From contig CAYVYJ010000004.1 of assembly GCA_964455085.1 (NCBI GenBank), positions 22,714 to 86,713 on the forward strand: a stretch of DNA of 64,000 bases, given 5' to 3'. This document shows positions 8,851-17,949 of the stretch, piece by piece. Below the pieces are notes generated by a model. That model did no database searches and was not told the DNA's origin. It was given only the letters and a program-made list of their open reading frames with translations. Origin of the DNA: an uncultured Planctomycetia bacterium (GTDB lineage Bacteria; Omnitrophota; Gorgyraeia; Duberdicusellales; 4484-171). How positions within the stretch are numbered: the first letter of the stretch is position 1; each line of letters starts with the position of its first letter. The position numbers and the translations under genes were made by a program.

Positions 8851-8880
8851 AGTAAAATTTTAATAGTAAAATTTTACTAT
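8851..8880. promoter_or_regulatory. Perfect 18-bp palindrome ATAGTAAAATTTTACTAT preceded by a direct half-site AGTAAAATTTTA, 12-40 bp upstream of the operon's first start codon; candidate operator
   Basis: Read directly from the sequence: the reverse complement of 8863-8880 equals itself, and the half-site is repeated at 8851-8862. Confidence 0.35.
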
Positions 8881-8915
8881 CAATGGCGATTTAGTCAAGT
8901 TTTTTAAGCCAAATT

Positions 8916-10064
8916 TTAATTGCTCCGCTTAAGGAGACTTAAGCACTCCAGGTGGGGGGTGTGAGGGAAAAAGTCAAAAGGCTCAATAAAATCAAGGCTA
9001 TATTGGCCTAAAAACCCTTCTAAGTCCACAAAGAAGGCCTCGGGATTACAGGATGAATAGATGATATTTTTAGGCTCCAGCCTTAAAATAGCCCTTATTA
9101 TCTTAGGGTTGAGCCCGCAACGCGGAGGGTTTACAACTAAAAAATCAGTATTCTTATAAAATGTGCCCTGGGTGTTGAGGAACTTTCTGGAGTCAGCAGC
9201 AAAAAAAGAAATATTATTTACCTTGTTAATCTTAGCATTCTGCCAAGCCATATCAACAATTTCTTCTTCCCTTTCTACGCCCCAAACAAATTTTGCACTC
9301 TTGGCCAGGAATAATCCGATTGAGCCTACTCCGCAAAAAAGATCCAATACCCGCTGTCGGGGAGATAAATTTGCATACTTTCTGATCTTCTTGTAAAAAT
9401 CTACTATCATCCGGGGATTTACTTGAAAAAAAGTGTCAATGCTGATTCGAAAGGTTAGTTTATCTAACCGTTCTTCAATGAAAGGTTCACCAAAAAGAAG
9501 CTTCTTTTTCTCAAAAACTACCGCATCAGAGTGTGAATCGCTAGTAATCTGATAAATAGACTTAAGCTTAGATTTTAACTTTAGAGAATTAAGCAGCGCT
9601 ACCAACTCCTTAGAATCCAAAACCTCACTACTGCTGGTGACTATTCCGACCATACTCTGGTTAGTAAATTTCGCTTCGCGGACAATCAAGTAGCGCAAAA
9701 ATCCCTGATGGGTGTATTTATCATAGGCTGAGTATCCCCGTTCTTTGATGAACTGTTTAATTGTTTTTAATATTTGATTTGAGTCCGGCGAAAAAATTAA
9801 ACACTCTTCTATATCGACCACCTTTCTTTTCTCTTTCCGGCTGTAAAGACCGCAAACTATACCCTCCTGATCAGCAAATGTGAATTCCATCTTGTTCCGA
9901 TAATACTCTTGTTGAGAGTGGTTGATTGGTTTTATCAAAGTATCAATATTATAAGCAGTAGCTAACTCCTTTACTCTATCTTGTTTGGCTCTCAGCTGCT
10001 TCTTGTAAGGAATATCCTGAAAGCGACACCCTCCACAATCTGAGAAGTGCTTACAAATCTTCAT
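8916..10064 (-). CDS. RumA/RlmD-family RNA (uracil-5)-methyltransferase with Fe-S cluster
   Basis: N-terminal CKHFSDCGGC Cys cluster, DLFCGVGSIGLFLA SAM-binding motif, C-terminal PHTPHLE. Confidence 0.8.
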   Translation of the reverse strand: MKICKHFSDCGGCRFQDIPYKKQLRAKQDRVKELATAYNIDTLIKPINHSQQEYYRNKMEFTFADQEGIVCGLYSRKEKRKVVDIEECLIFSPDSNQILKTIKQFIKERGYSAYDKYTHQGFLRYLIVREAKFTNQSMVGIVTSSSEVLDSKELVALLNSLKLKSKLKSIYQITSDSHSDAVVFEKKKLLFGEPFIEERLDKLTFRISIDTFFQVNPRMIVDFYKKIRKYANLSPRQRVLDLFCGVGSIGLFLAKSAKFVWGVEREEEIVDMAWQNAKINKVNNISFFAADSRKFLNTQGTFYKNTDFLVVNPPRCGLNPKIIRAILRLEPKNIIYSSCNPEAFFVDLEGFLGQYSLDFIEPFDFFPHTPHLECLSLLKRSN

Positions 10065-10555
10065 TGGATAATTAAATCTTTTAATCTTTTTCGCCGGGTA
10101 ACACCAGAGGAACCCAGCGAATAGCCTAAGGCTAAAACTGCTGCTAACTCTAAATTTTCGGAGGTTGCTAAACGCTTATGGACCTTTTCTTTTTGATTTA
10201 GAATCTCACCCAACCAACAAGCCCCCAGACCTTTGGTGTGGATAAAAAGAAGCATGTTCTCAACACAAGCGCCTATTGCCATTAAATCCTTGTCGCGATT
10301 ATAAGAGTCCTCTTTATCAAAAAATACCACTATAAGTTTATCGGCACTCTTTACTACGACAGAATACTTTGTGTACTCAGCTAAAGAATCTTTGGCCTCT
10401 TTCTCCAAAACCATAAACTTCCAAGGTTGATTATTTAACCCTGAAGGTGCCCAACGTCCAGCTTCTAATATCTCTAAGATTATCTTCTCAGAAACTGCTT
10501 TCTTCTTAAACTTTCTTACTGACCTTCTTGCCTTTAAAACTTTTAAAATATCCAT
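10061..10555 (-). CDS. Nitroreductase-family protein
   Basis: RRSVRKF...PSGLNNQPWKF motif of the NADH oxidase/nitroreductase fold. Confidence 0.75.
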   Translation of the reverse strand: MDILKVLKARRSVRKFKKKAVSEKIILEILEAGRWAPSGLNNQPWKFMVLEKEAKDSLAEYTKYSVVVKSADKLIVVFFDKEDSYNRDKDLMAIGACVENMLLFIHTKGLGACWLGEILNQKEKVHKRLATSENLELAAVLALGYSLGSSGVTRRKRLKDLIIQ

Positions 10556-10618
10556 GACTGCTCAAGCCAGCGGCTTAATAACCCATTTACTCATATTGTA
10601 AAGATATAAATAGATAGA

Positions 10619-11527
10619 TTAGGCCCACCAATAACCAAGCTCTTTTAATATACGTGGCTTATCCTGCCAATCTTCTAAAACCTTAACCCAAATATCTAAA
10701 AAGACTTTCTTATTATAAATATTCTCAATCTCTGGACGCGAGCGGCTTCCTACGCCTTTTAGTACTTCTCCGGCTTTACCAATAACAATTCGCTTTTGAG
10801 AATTTCTCTTAACATAGATATTGGCTTTTATCGAAACTATCTTTTTCTTATTATTTATCTCCTCAACCTCAACTGCTATAGAGTGAGGCAATTCTCTCTT
10901 AAGTTGTATGAATAACTTCTCCCTTATGATATCAGCAACCCGAAATTTAGGCGGAAAATCAGTTAAAGAATTAGTATCATAATAAGGATGGGACTCTGGC
11001 AAATTCTCTAAAATAGAATCTCTTAATTTATCAACACCTTTTCCGGTCTTGGCTGATAAAGGTATGTAATAGATTAAAGGGTTTCTCTTACTCCTTGCCC
11101 TCTCAGCCCATAAATCAATATAAGCATTGAAAAACTTTCGCCCTAAGTCAGTCTTATTTAAAACCATAATTGTTTTAACTTTTTGCCCGGTAATAATCCG
11201 CATCAGTTCTTGCTCTTCCTTGCCGGGACGCCGGGATAGATCAACAACATAAATGATTAAATCACAACCTTCTAAGGCTCTTTTAGCAACTGTATTTAAG
11301 TGAGCAGCTAACTTATCTTCAAAAGAATGAACCCCCGGCGTATCAACAAAGACTATTTGGGCTTTTTCTAGATTCAAGATTCCTTTTATCTGATGACGGG
11401 TTGTCTGAGGGATAGGTGAAATAATACTTATTTTATTGGCTACCAAAGCATTAAGCAAGGTAGACTTACCGACATTGGGCCGGCCTAAAATAGTTACGAA
11501 TCCTGCTCTAAATTTTGTTTTTTTCAT
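10619..11527 (-). CDS. era: GTPase Era
   Basis: GFVTILGRPNVGKSTLLN G1 motif, DTPG, NKTD, C-terminal KH domain. Confidence 0.9.
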   Translation of the reverse strand: MKKTKFRAGFVTILGRPNVGKSTLLNALVANKISIISPIPQTTRHQIKGILNLEKAQIVFVDTPGVHSFEDKLAAHLNTVAKRALEGCDLIIYVVDLSRRPGKEEQELMRIITGQKVKTIMVLNKTDLGRKFFNAYIDLWAERARSKRNPLIYYIPLSAKTGKGVDKLRDSILENLPESHPYYDTNSLTDFPPKFRVADIIREKLFIQLKRELPHSIAVEVEEINNKKKIVSIKANIYVKRNSQKRIVIGKAGEVLKGVGSRSRPEIENIYNKKVFLDIWVKVLEDWQDKPRILKELGYWWA

Positions 11528-11544
11528 TTTAGGAGTAAGGGCGG

Positions 11545-13542
11545 CTATCCCTCCTGGTAACGCTTTTTTAAAGATAAATCCAAAAATTCGCCTCTTAGAG
11601 GGTTATAACCATAATAAGCAATTAAAAAATAGGCGGTAGAGGCTAAAGATCCGGTTCTGTTTCCTCTAGGGGTTCGCCAACCATGGCCGGTATCAATAGA
11701 AGGACTGGAGGCATAAGGAAGACAGGGGTCTCCCCGACCAACAGGCGAAGGAGAAACTATCAACATCTTCTGTAATTCATTGAAATAAAAAAGTGCCTTT
11801 TTAAAATATTCTCCAGACTTATTAGTGTTTTTATCTTGAAAATAATCAGCCATGATCTCAAAGGCTAAAATCATCTGGGAGGTCCATTCTCCTGACACTA
11901 CACCACCTCGAGGAGCGTTCTTGGCTTTAGCAAAATCAAACCCTTCTAGCTCTACTTCGCCTCTCTTGCGCTTAAACTTTACTCCCACCTTACAATGTTT
12001 AACAGCAAACTTTAATATTGTCTCGGGATTCATTTTTAGGGTAAAAAGCTCCTCGGGGCCAAAAGCAGTTATTGACCAAGTGTAGGTATCAGTAGCAATA
12101 GTAGAATCACCTTTGCCTCTTTTTACCGGGGGACCGTAGCGAGTGTAGGAGTAGCGACAGACCCAGTTCTTTATCTTCTGGGCCGCATTTAAATACTTTT
12201 TCTCGCCACTTAACTGATAGAAGAGGTTAAAAAAACTAAAGACATCCAGATTGTGTTCTGTAGAATACCAAGACTCATCAGGACCACCCTTTATTCCGCC
12301 TTCGGCGTCCATCAACTCCAGGAGAAGATTACTTACTTCTCTTGCAATCGGTAAATACTTTTCATTACCAGTTTCCTTAGTATAACAGAGAGCAGCTAAG
12401 CCAAGCCAGGCATTCGGCCCACTATGGAGTACATACTCAAAGACGTCACCTTGAGTAAAGTAGGCATTATAAATACCCTGGCCTTCATTGATTTTCTTAA
12501 GGTAAAAATCTAGTATTTTCTCAGCTCTTTGTTTATCCCCGGAAATCAGAAATACAATCGTGGCTAAAGCTTGATCATAGGTAAAACAGATTCGGTCTAA
12601 ACTATTATCCCCTTCATAGCTAAGTATTAACCCCCTTCGCAAATCCTGACGGTTCTTTATCCAATTATACATACCCCCGATTAATTCTTGTGAAGACTTC
12701 AGCTCTTCCTGCTGAAGGCTTTCTACTTCCTCTTGGATCTTTAACGCAGCGGCTTTGTTCTCTTTTTCTTTTGCCTTTAAAAAATCGTTCTCACGCCTTA
12801 GGCTGGCTAACTCTAATCTCAGCAACGAAAGCTTCTCTTTAAGCTTCGCAGCTTCTTCCAAGTTAGCTCTATCAGCGTTTTGACTTTGAAGTAACTCATC
12901 GTACTGGCTTTGCCAAAGAATGACCTCTTTGCTCAACGAATCAATAGACTTAGTTAAATTTAATTGCCTCTCTTCAAAAAATATCTTGCTGTTAGCTTCG
13001 TTCTCTAAAATATCTTCAAGGGCTGACTTCTTCTCCAAGATACTCACATAATTACTTACTAACCGTCTATTTTTCCTCACTAAGGAGCTGGTTCGCCAGA
13101 ATAAAGAAAAAGAGAAGAATAAAAGAATGGTTATAACTCCGGTCACAACTAACGGTGTGAATTTCTTAACCAGAGCATATTTGAATAAAAATTTTGCTTT
13201 CTGATTGTCGTCTTCCATAAATCTTAAGCCTACTGTATAACGATTAAAATTCTTTAATCTTCGCTGTCTTAGCCAACTTATCTGGGCCTTTAAACAAACA
13301 GCTTGGGATTTAAAAGGTAAGTCGATGCACAGGGAGAGTTGAGCTCCCGGGTAACTTAGACGGTCGGCAAAACCCCACCAAAGGTCATTAATCAAAAGGC
13401 GGATACCGCCTTTTCCGATATCACGGGTAAATCCTTGCAGCCAAGGCGTCATCTTCTCCCCCTTAGCATCAAGGATGAAAAACTCAACCGGCAAAACAGT
13501 AGAAGTCCTTATATATCTTCGCTTATCCTTCCCTCTTTTCAT
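11545..13542 (-). CDS. PilZ domain - TM - coiled coil - glycoside-hydrolase-like (alpha/alpha-barrel-like) fusion protein
   Basis: N-terminal RRYIR ... DIGKGGIRL matches PilZ RxxxR / DxSxGG. A hydrophobic segment and a Q/E/L-rich coiled coil follow. The C-terminal ~380 aa carry Trp/Tyr-rich glycosidase-like motifs (GGPDESWYSTEHNLD). Confidence 0.5.
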   Translation of the reverse strand: MKRGKDKRRYIRTSTVLPVEFFILDAKGEKMTPWLQGFTRDIGKGGIRLLINDLWWGFADRLSYPGAQLSLCIDLPFKSQAVCLKAQISWLRQRRLKNFNRYTVGLRFMEDDNQKAKFLFKYALVKKFTPLVVTGVITILLFFSFSLFWRTSSLVRKNRRLVSNYVSILEKKSALEDILENEANSKIFFEERQLNLTKSIDSLSKEVILWQSQYDELLQSQNADRANLEEAAKLKEKLSLLRLELASLRRENDFLKAKEKENKAAALKIQEEVESLQQEELKSSQELIGGMYNWIKNRQDLRRGLILSYEGDNSLDRICFTYDQALATIVFLISGDKQRAEKILDFYLKKINEGQGIYNAYFTQGDVFEYVLHSGPNAWLGLAALCYTKETGNEKYLPIAREVSNLLLELMDAEGGIKGGPDESWYSTEHNLDVFSFFNLFYQLSGEKKYLNAAQKIKNWVCRYSYTRYGPPVKRGKGDSTIATDTYTWSITAFGPEELFTLKMNPETILKFAVKHCKVGVKFKRKRGEVELEGFDFAKAKNAPRGGVVSGEWTSQMILAFEIMADYFQDKNTNKSGEYFKKALFYFNELQKMLIVSPSPVGRGDPCLPYASSPSIDTGHGWRTPRGNRTGSLASTAYFLIAYYGYNPLRGEFLDLSLKKRYQEG

Positions 13543-13548
13543 TTATTT

Positions 13549-15918
13549 TTATTTAGCTGCGGAGCGCTTAGACGATACTTCTAAAATAATTTCTTCCCGT
13601 AAAATATAGAGTGCTTCTTTGAAATGGGCTTTAAATTCCTCATACTCATTCCTTTCTACGAATCTCTTCTTAACCCTAAATAACTGCTGAAAATTAATCT
13701 GGCCGGACTCTTGTTCATACGATAGGTCTAATTTAAACCAGGGATTTTCCAAACTGGTAGAAGAGGGTAGATATTGAACTCTTAGATTCTCCGGTAAGCT
13801 TATCTTTATTTTAGCTCCCAGATTATACACTCCTTCAAAATCCAGAGGATAATCTCTTCCTTCTTTGCTGATTAAAGCATGGTCAAGGTCTATTTGATCT
13901 AGAATCGGCACAATTCTTAAATTTCCTGCTGGGTTAAGGAATTTCTCGGCGGCAAACTTATAGTTAAGTGTCGGGGTGGTATCAAAATTATCGGCATCTT
14001 TTATCTCATAATCAATAAGCTGGGAAAGAGATGATATCTCCGTCATCTTTTTCTGGATCTCTTCTTTGATTGTGGCCGGATGAGTATGTTTTAGGTACCA
14101 GCGATAAGAGGCAGCATAGAATCCGCGGGTTTCCACCTTCCGGTTAATCATTGCGTTTTCTTCACTATCAATTTCTATATTCATTGTATAAATAATACCA
14201 TTATCTTCCTTGTCTCCAATCTTAGTTATCCGCCAGGTATCATCCAAAAATACCAAAACTTCTCTATCCTGGTCTCCCAATGGAATATTTTTGAATACGA
14301 TCGTCTCCGCTGTGGGGTCCATAAAAATTAACTCACCGTCTATTTCTACAGCCGCAATCGCATGGTTAAAAATAACCGTGGGAAAATCTTTATCTATAGG
14401 GTAAGCACTCCGAGTAGGGATAAGTACCGGGTAAGCTCCCAAACCAGCACTTCTTAGCATCGCTATTAAGAGAATTGCTTGATCTTTACAGTCGCCGTAT
14501 CGATTAATAAATACATCGTTGGCATAGTGAGGTTCATAGCCACTATCACCATATTCTATAGCTACATAACGGATATTCTTAGCTACGAATTCATGTATTT
14601 TCTTAGCTTTATCCTGACTATCAGAAATATCTTTAATGAGTTCTTTAGTGAAATCTTCTATTTCCGGGCTTAGTTGAACTTTATCCTGATAAAGAGATCT
14701 CCACCATTCATAGATTTCATCCCAGGAAGAAAAACTGGAGATTGCCACTGCTGGATTGATATAGGAGGTAGTTGGCATACTATACTCGGGAATAATCGGG
14801 GCTATCTGGCTGAAATTCCAGGTATATATCTTCTTTGCTTGCTCTTGCCTTAATCCAGGTTCAAGAACAATACTCTCGGCATAGTCTTGATTAAAAAAAT
14901 TAAACTTAACTTCCCGGCCTTCAGGAATAATCAGGGTAAAGTCAGCTTTAAACACCGGGTATTTTTCCCTTAAACGATAGATCTGGCTAAAATCATCTTG
15001 GTTGATTAACTTCGAGGAATAAACCTTTATCTTATACTCAATGAATGACCCTACCTCTACTGAGGGCATCGAAACAATAAATACCCGGGAATTACTATAA
15101 AGAGGGAAATTCTGATAAAGCCCTATATTACGGATACTTTCACCGCCGGCATAGATAACTTTGCCCTCTTTGGTAATCGTGCGGGCAAATTCCAATTCTA
15201 CCCGCTCATAGGTAGAATCATAGCCTACTTGAACCTCAGCCAATTCTTTGCCACGCTCTTTTAACACCTTCTCCAGGACGTGTATGGTGGAAAGTGATGT
15301 ATTCTCCGGTGTAATTTCCACACTTTCCTCAACCAACAAATATACCGCGGCATCATCTTTTAACTGGCCAATATAGTCACCAGCCTCCTCGGAGATTGCA
15401 ACTATTTCAGCAGGGATACTATCTTCTACTTTTGCTTTAATAAATTCTATTCTCTCTTGGGCTCTACTCCTAAAAGAACTACCTACTTTGGCATATATTT
15501 CAAGAGCTTTAGGAAACAAATTCTTTTCTTCTAAAACTTGACCATAGAGATAGAGGCATTCATCATCCTGAGGTGTCGACTCCAGTTGTTCAAAGATTTC
15601 AATAGCATAATCGTAGTCTTTTGCTTTAGCCAAAGCTTTGGCCAGAATTATTTTTGCACTTTCAGTATCGATACCATCAAGAAGCTCTTTTACCTGCAGA
15701 TAATCTTTAAACCCGTAGTAAGCTTTAGCTAGATTTAACTTTAACTCTAAATTATCGGGTTTAGCCTTTATTAATCCTTGATAATGTTTAACTAACTTCT
15801 GGTATCGTCCTTTTAGCTCTTCTAAAGAATCAGCATCCCCCTTAAGGCTTGGTGAACACCCAAGAAGATTAAGCAGGACAATTATAGCAATTAGTTTAGG
15901 CAATAATCTTAAGTACAT
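13549..15918 (-). CDS. Lipoprotein with TPR repeats, DUF3857-like region and a transglutaminase-like Cys protease domain
   Basis: Lipobox LLGCS, TPR-like N-terminal region, and GDCKDQAILLIAMLRSAG transglutaminase core motif. Confidence 0.7.
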   Translation of the reverse strand: MYLRLLPKLIAIIVLLNLLGCSPSLKGDADSLEELKGRYQKLVKHYQGLIKAKPDNLELKLNLAKAYYGFKDYLQVKELLDGIDTESAKIILAKALAKAKDYDYAIEIFEQLESTPQDDECLYLYGQVLEEKNLFPKALEIYAKVGSSFRSRAQERIEFIKAKVEDSIPAEIVAISEEAGDYIGQLKDDAAVYLLVEESVEITPENTSLSTIHVLEKVLKERGKELAEVQVGYDSTYERVELEFARTITKEGKVIYAGGESIRNIGLYQNFPLYSNSRVFIVSMPSVEVGSFIEYKIKVYSSKLINQDDFSQIYRLREKYPVFKADFTLIIPEGREVKFNFFNQDYAESIVLEPGLRQEQAKKIYTWNFSQIAPIIPEYSMPTTSYINPAVAISSFSSWDEIYEWWRSLYQDKVQLSPEIEDFTKELIKDISDSQDKAKKIHEFVAKNIRYVAIEYGDSGYEPHYANDVFINRYGDCKDQAILLIAMLRSAGLGAYPVLIPTRSAYPIDKDFPTVIFNHAIAAVEIDGELIFMDPTAETIVFKNIPLGDQDREVLVFLDDTWRITKIGDKEDNGIIYTMNIEIDSEENAMINRKVETRGFYAASYRWYLKHTHPATIKEEIQKKMTEISSLSQLIDYEIKDADNFDTTPTLNYKFAAEKFLNPAGNLRIVPILDQIDLDHALISKEGRDYPLDFEGVYNLGAKIKISLPENLRVQYLPSSTSLENPWFKLDLSYEQESGQINFQQLFRVKKRFVERNEYEEFKAHFKEALYILREEIILEVSSKRSAAK

Positions 15919-16186
15919 CTTTTATCGCTTGACCTTTGTGAATCCCTAATCGTTTTGCCATGAAGGTTACTGAATGAACTCTTGCCAGGAGAGCGTCTTT
16001 AATCGTAGATACGCCGGTAATCTTCACTGCAACATCCTTGAATTTATTGGCAGCTCTTAAGTTAAGATAACCACACATGATGTATCCTTTCTGCCCGGCT
16101 ATGACGATTAAGTTCTTGGTGGACAGTTTAAAACAGAGTCCTAGAACACTTTTTTTACCCACTTTAATTTTACGTGAATTTAACAT
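15896..16186 (-). CDS. Small conserved protein (DUF1805/YunC-like)
   Basis: 96 aa; GYIMCGYLN motif recalled from the DUF1805 family. Weak call. Confidence 0.35.
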   Translation of the reverse strand: MLNSRKIKVGKKSVLGLCFKLSTKNLIVIAGQKGYIMCGYLNLRAANKFKDVAVKITGVSTIKDALLARVHSVTFMAKRLGIHKGQAIKDVLKIIA

Positions 16187-16213
16187 GAATCTATTGTGGC
16201 CAAAAGCTGTAAA

Positions 16214-17362
16214 TTACAATCTACTCAAGAATCTCTCAATCCTTATTATCGCCTCTTTTAAATTATCTAAAGAGCTGGCGTAAGAAATTCTTATGTAAGA
16301 TCCAAATTCTTTTCCGAATGCCCCTCCAGGGACCACAGCGACCTTTTCTTGTAATAATAGTTTCTTAGCAAAATCTAAAGCGCTTATTTTATACCTCTTT
16401 AAAGAAGAGAAACAATAAAATGCACCTTGGGGGTTAACTGTTGACAATCCCAGGCGGTTTAGCTCCTTAACTACGAAAATCCTTCGCTTATTATATTCCC
16501 GTTGCATCTGTTGGACTTCCCTTTTTGCTAACAAAGCCTCACAAGAAGCTACCTGAGATATAATCGGTCCGCAGAGTGCCGAATATGAGTGTATTTTAGT
16601 CATTGCTGAGATAATCTCACTTCCCCCGCAAGCAAAACCCACTCTAAATCCGGTCATTGCATAGCCTTTGGAAAATCCGTTGAGTAGAATTGTCTTACCC
16701 CTAGCTCCTCTGGCTAAAGATGCAAAGCTGATGTGTTCTTTGGAGTAGGTTAACTCATCATAGGTCTCATCGCTGATAATAACTATATCTTCATGAGCTA
16801 AAACTTTCCAAATCTGCTTTAACTCACTATGACTATAGGTTATGCCGGTAGGGTTGCAAGGATAATTCAATATTATTGCTTTGGGTTTCTGAAGAAGTAG
16901 ACTTTTTAGCTTCTTAAGGTTAATCTTAAACCCCTCTTCCTCTTTAGTAGGTAAATAAAGAACCTTTCCTTGGGATATCTCAACTAAAGCCGGATAAGCA
17001 ACATAGTAAGGGCTTACTACAATAACCTTATCACCCGGTTCCATAATCGCCCGGAGAGCTAAGTCTAATCCCTCGCTAACCCCAACCGTAATCAAAATCT
17101 CTTTTTGGGGATTATAATTTAAAGAGTATTTCTTGGTAAGAAGCTCAGAAATCCCCTGGCGTAGGAGGAGCAGACCTTGGTTGGAAGTATAAGAGGTAAG
17201 ACCTTCTTCTAAAGCAGTAATTGCTTTCTCCCTGATCCTCCAAGGGGTAATAAAATCCGGCTCGCCTACACCCAGAGAAATTACCTCTGGCATCCCTAAA
17301 ACTAAATCAAAGAATTCCCTAATCCCCGAAGGTGGTAACTTTTTTATCCGCTTTGCAATCAT
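16214..17362 (-). CDS. Class I/II pyridoxal-phosphate aminotransferase (aspartate aminotransferase family)
   Basis: NGFSKGYAMTGFRVGF PLP-lysine motif, NPTG motif, 382 aa. Confidence 0.85.
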   Translation of the reverse strand: MIAKRIKKLPPSGIREFFDLVLGMPEVISLGVGEPDFITPWRIREKAITALEEGLTSYTSNQGLLLLRQGISELLTKKYSLNYNPQKEILITVGVSEGLDLALRAIMEPGDKVIVVSPYYVAYPALVEISQGKVLYLPTKEEEGFKINLKKLKSLLLQKPKAIILNYPCNPTGITYSHSELKQIWKVLAHEDIVIISDETYDELTYSKEHISFASLARGARGKTILLNGFSKGYAMTGFRVGFACGGSEIISAMTKIHSYSALCGPIISQVASCEALLAKREVQQMQREYNKRRIFVVKELNRLGLSTVNPQGAFYCFSSLKRYKISALDFAKKLLLQEKVAVVPGGAFGKEFGSYIRISYASSLDNLKEAIIRIERFLSRL

Positions 17363-17363
17363 A

Positions 17364-17852
17364 TTAATAGGTTATCGGCAAGCGTTTATTTTTTCCATCC
17401 TTTACCAAAACTACCCCGTCTTCCTTATACTTCTTGAGCATAAAATGGGTAGCTGTACCTCTTACAGAACTCAAAGGTGCCAACTTATCCGAGACAAAAC
17501 TTGCTACCGTCTCTATATCTTTGCCGCAAACCTCCAGAAGTAAATCGTAAGTACCGGAAAGAAGATAGCAGCTTTTTACCTCGGGAAACCGGTAGATCCT
17601 TTGGGCAACCATATCAAAACCTACGTCTTTCTGGGGGGCCACTTTAACTTCAATTAAAGCACCTACTCCTGCTTCACCCTTAATCTTTCGTTTATTTATA
17701 ATTGTTTTATACTTTACAATTACTCCTTTCTTCTCATAACTTTTTATCAACCGCTCAATTTCTTTTTTGCTTTTACCGGTTAATTTTTGCAAATCCTCTA
17801 AGGAAATCCTTGCATTGCTCTCTAAAATTTCTAATATATCATCCATTGCCAC
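17364..17852 (-). CDS. Lrp/AsnC-family transcriptional regulator
   Basis: N-terminal HTH (ILEILESNARISLEDLQKLTG) plus C-terminal RAM domain, 162 aa. Confidence 0.8.
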   Translation of the reverse strand: MAMDDILEILESNARISLEDLQKLTGKSKKEIERLIKSYEKKGVIVKYKTIINKRKIKGEAGVGALIEVKVAPQKDVGFDMVAQRIYRFPEVKSCYLLSGTYDLLLEVCGKDIETVASFVSDKLAPLSSVRGTATHFMLKKYKEDGVVLVKDGKNKRLPITY

Positions 17853-17949
17853 CCTCCTTTATGTTTGGCCTGCATATTTTAGCTGGGTTGAAATATAAGC
17901 TAAAACATTTAGTTTATTTTATCAAAATAACCTTTAAATTCATAGCAAA

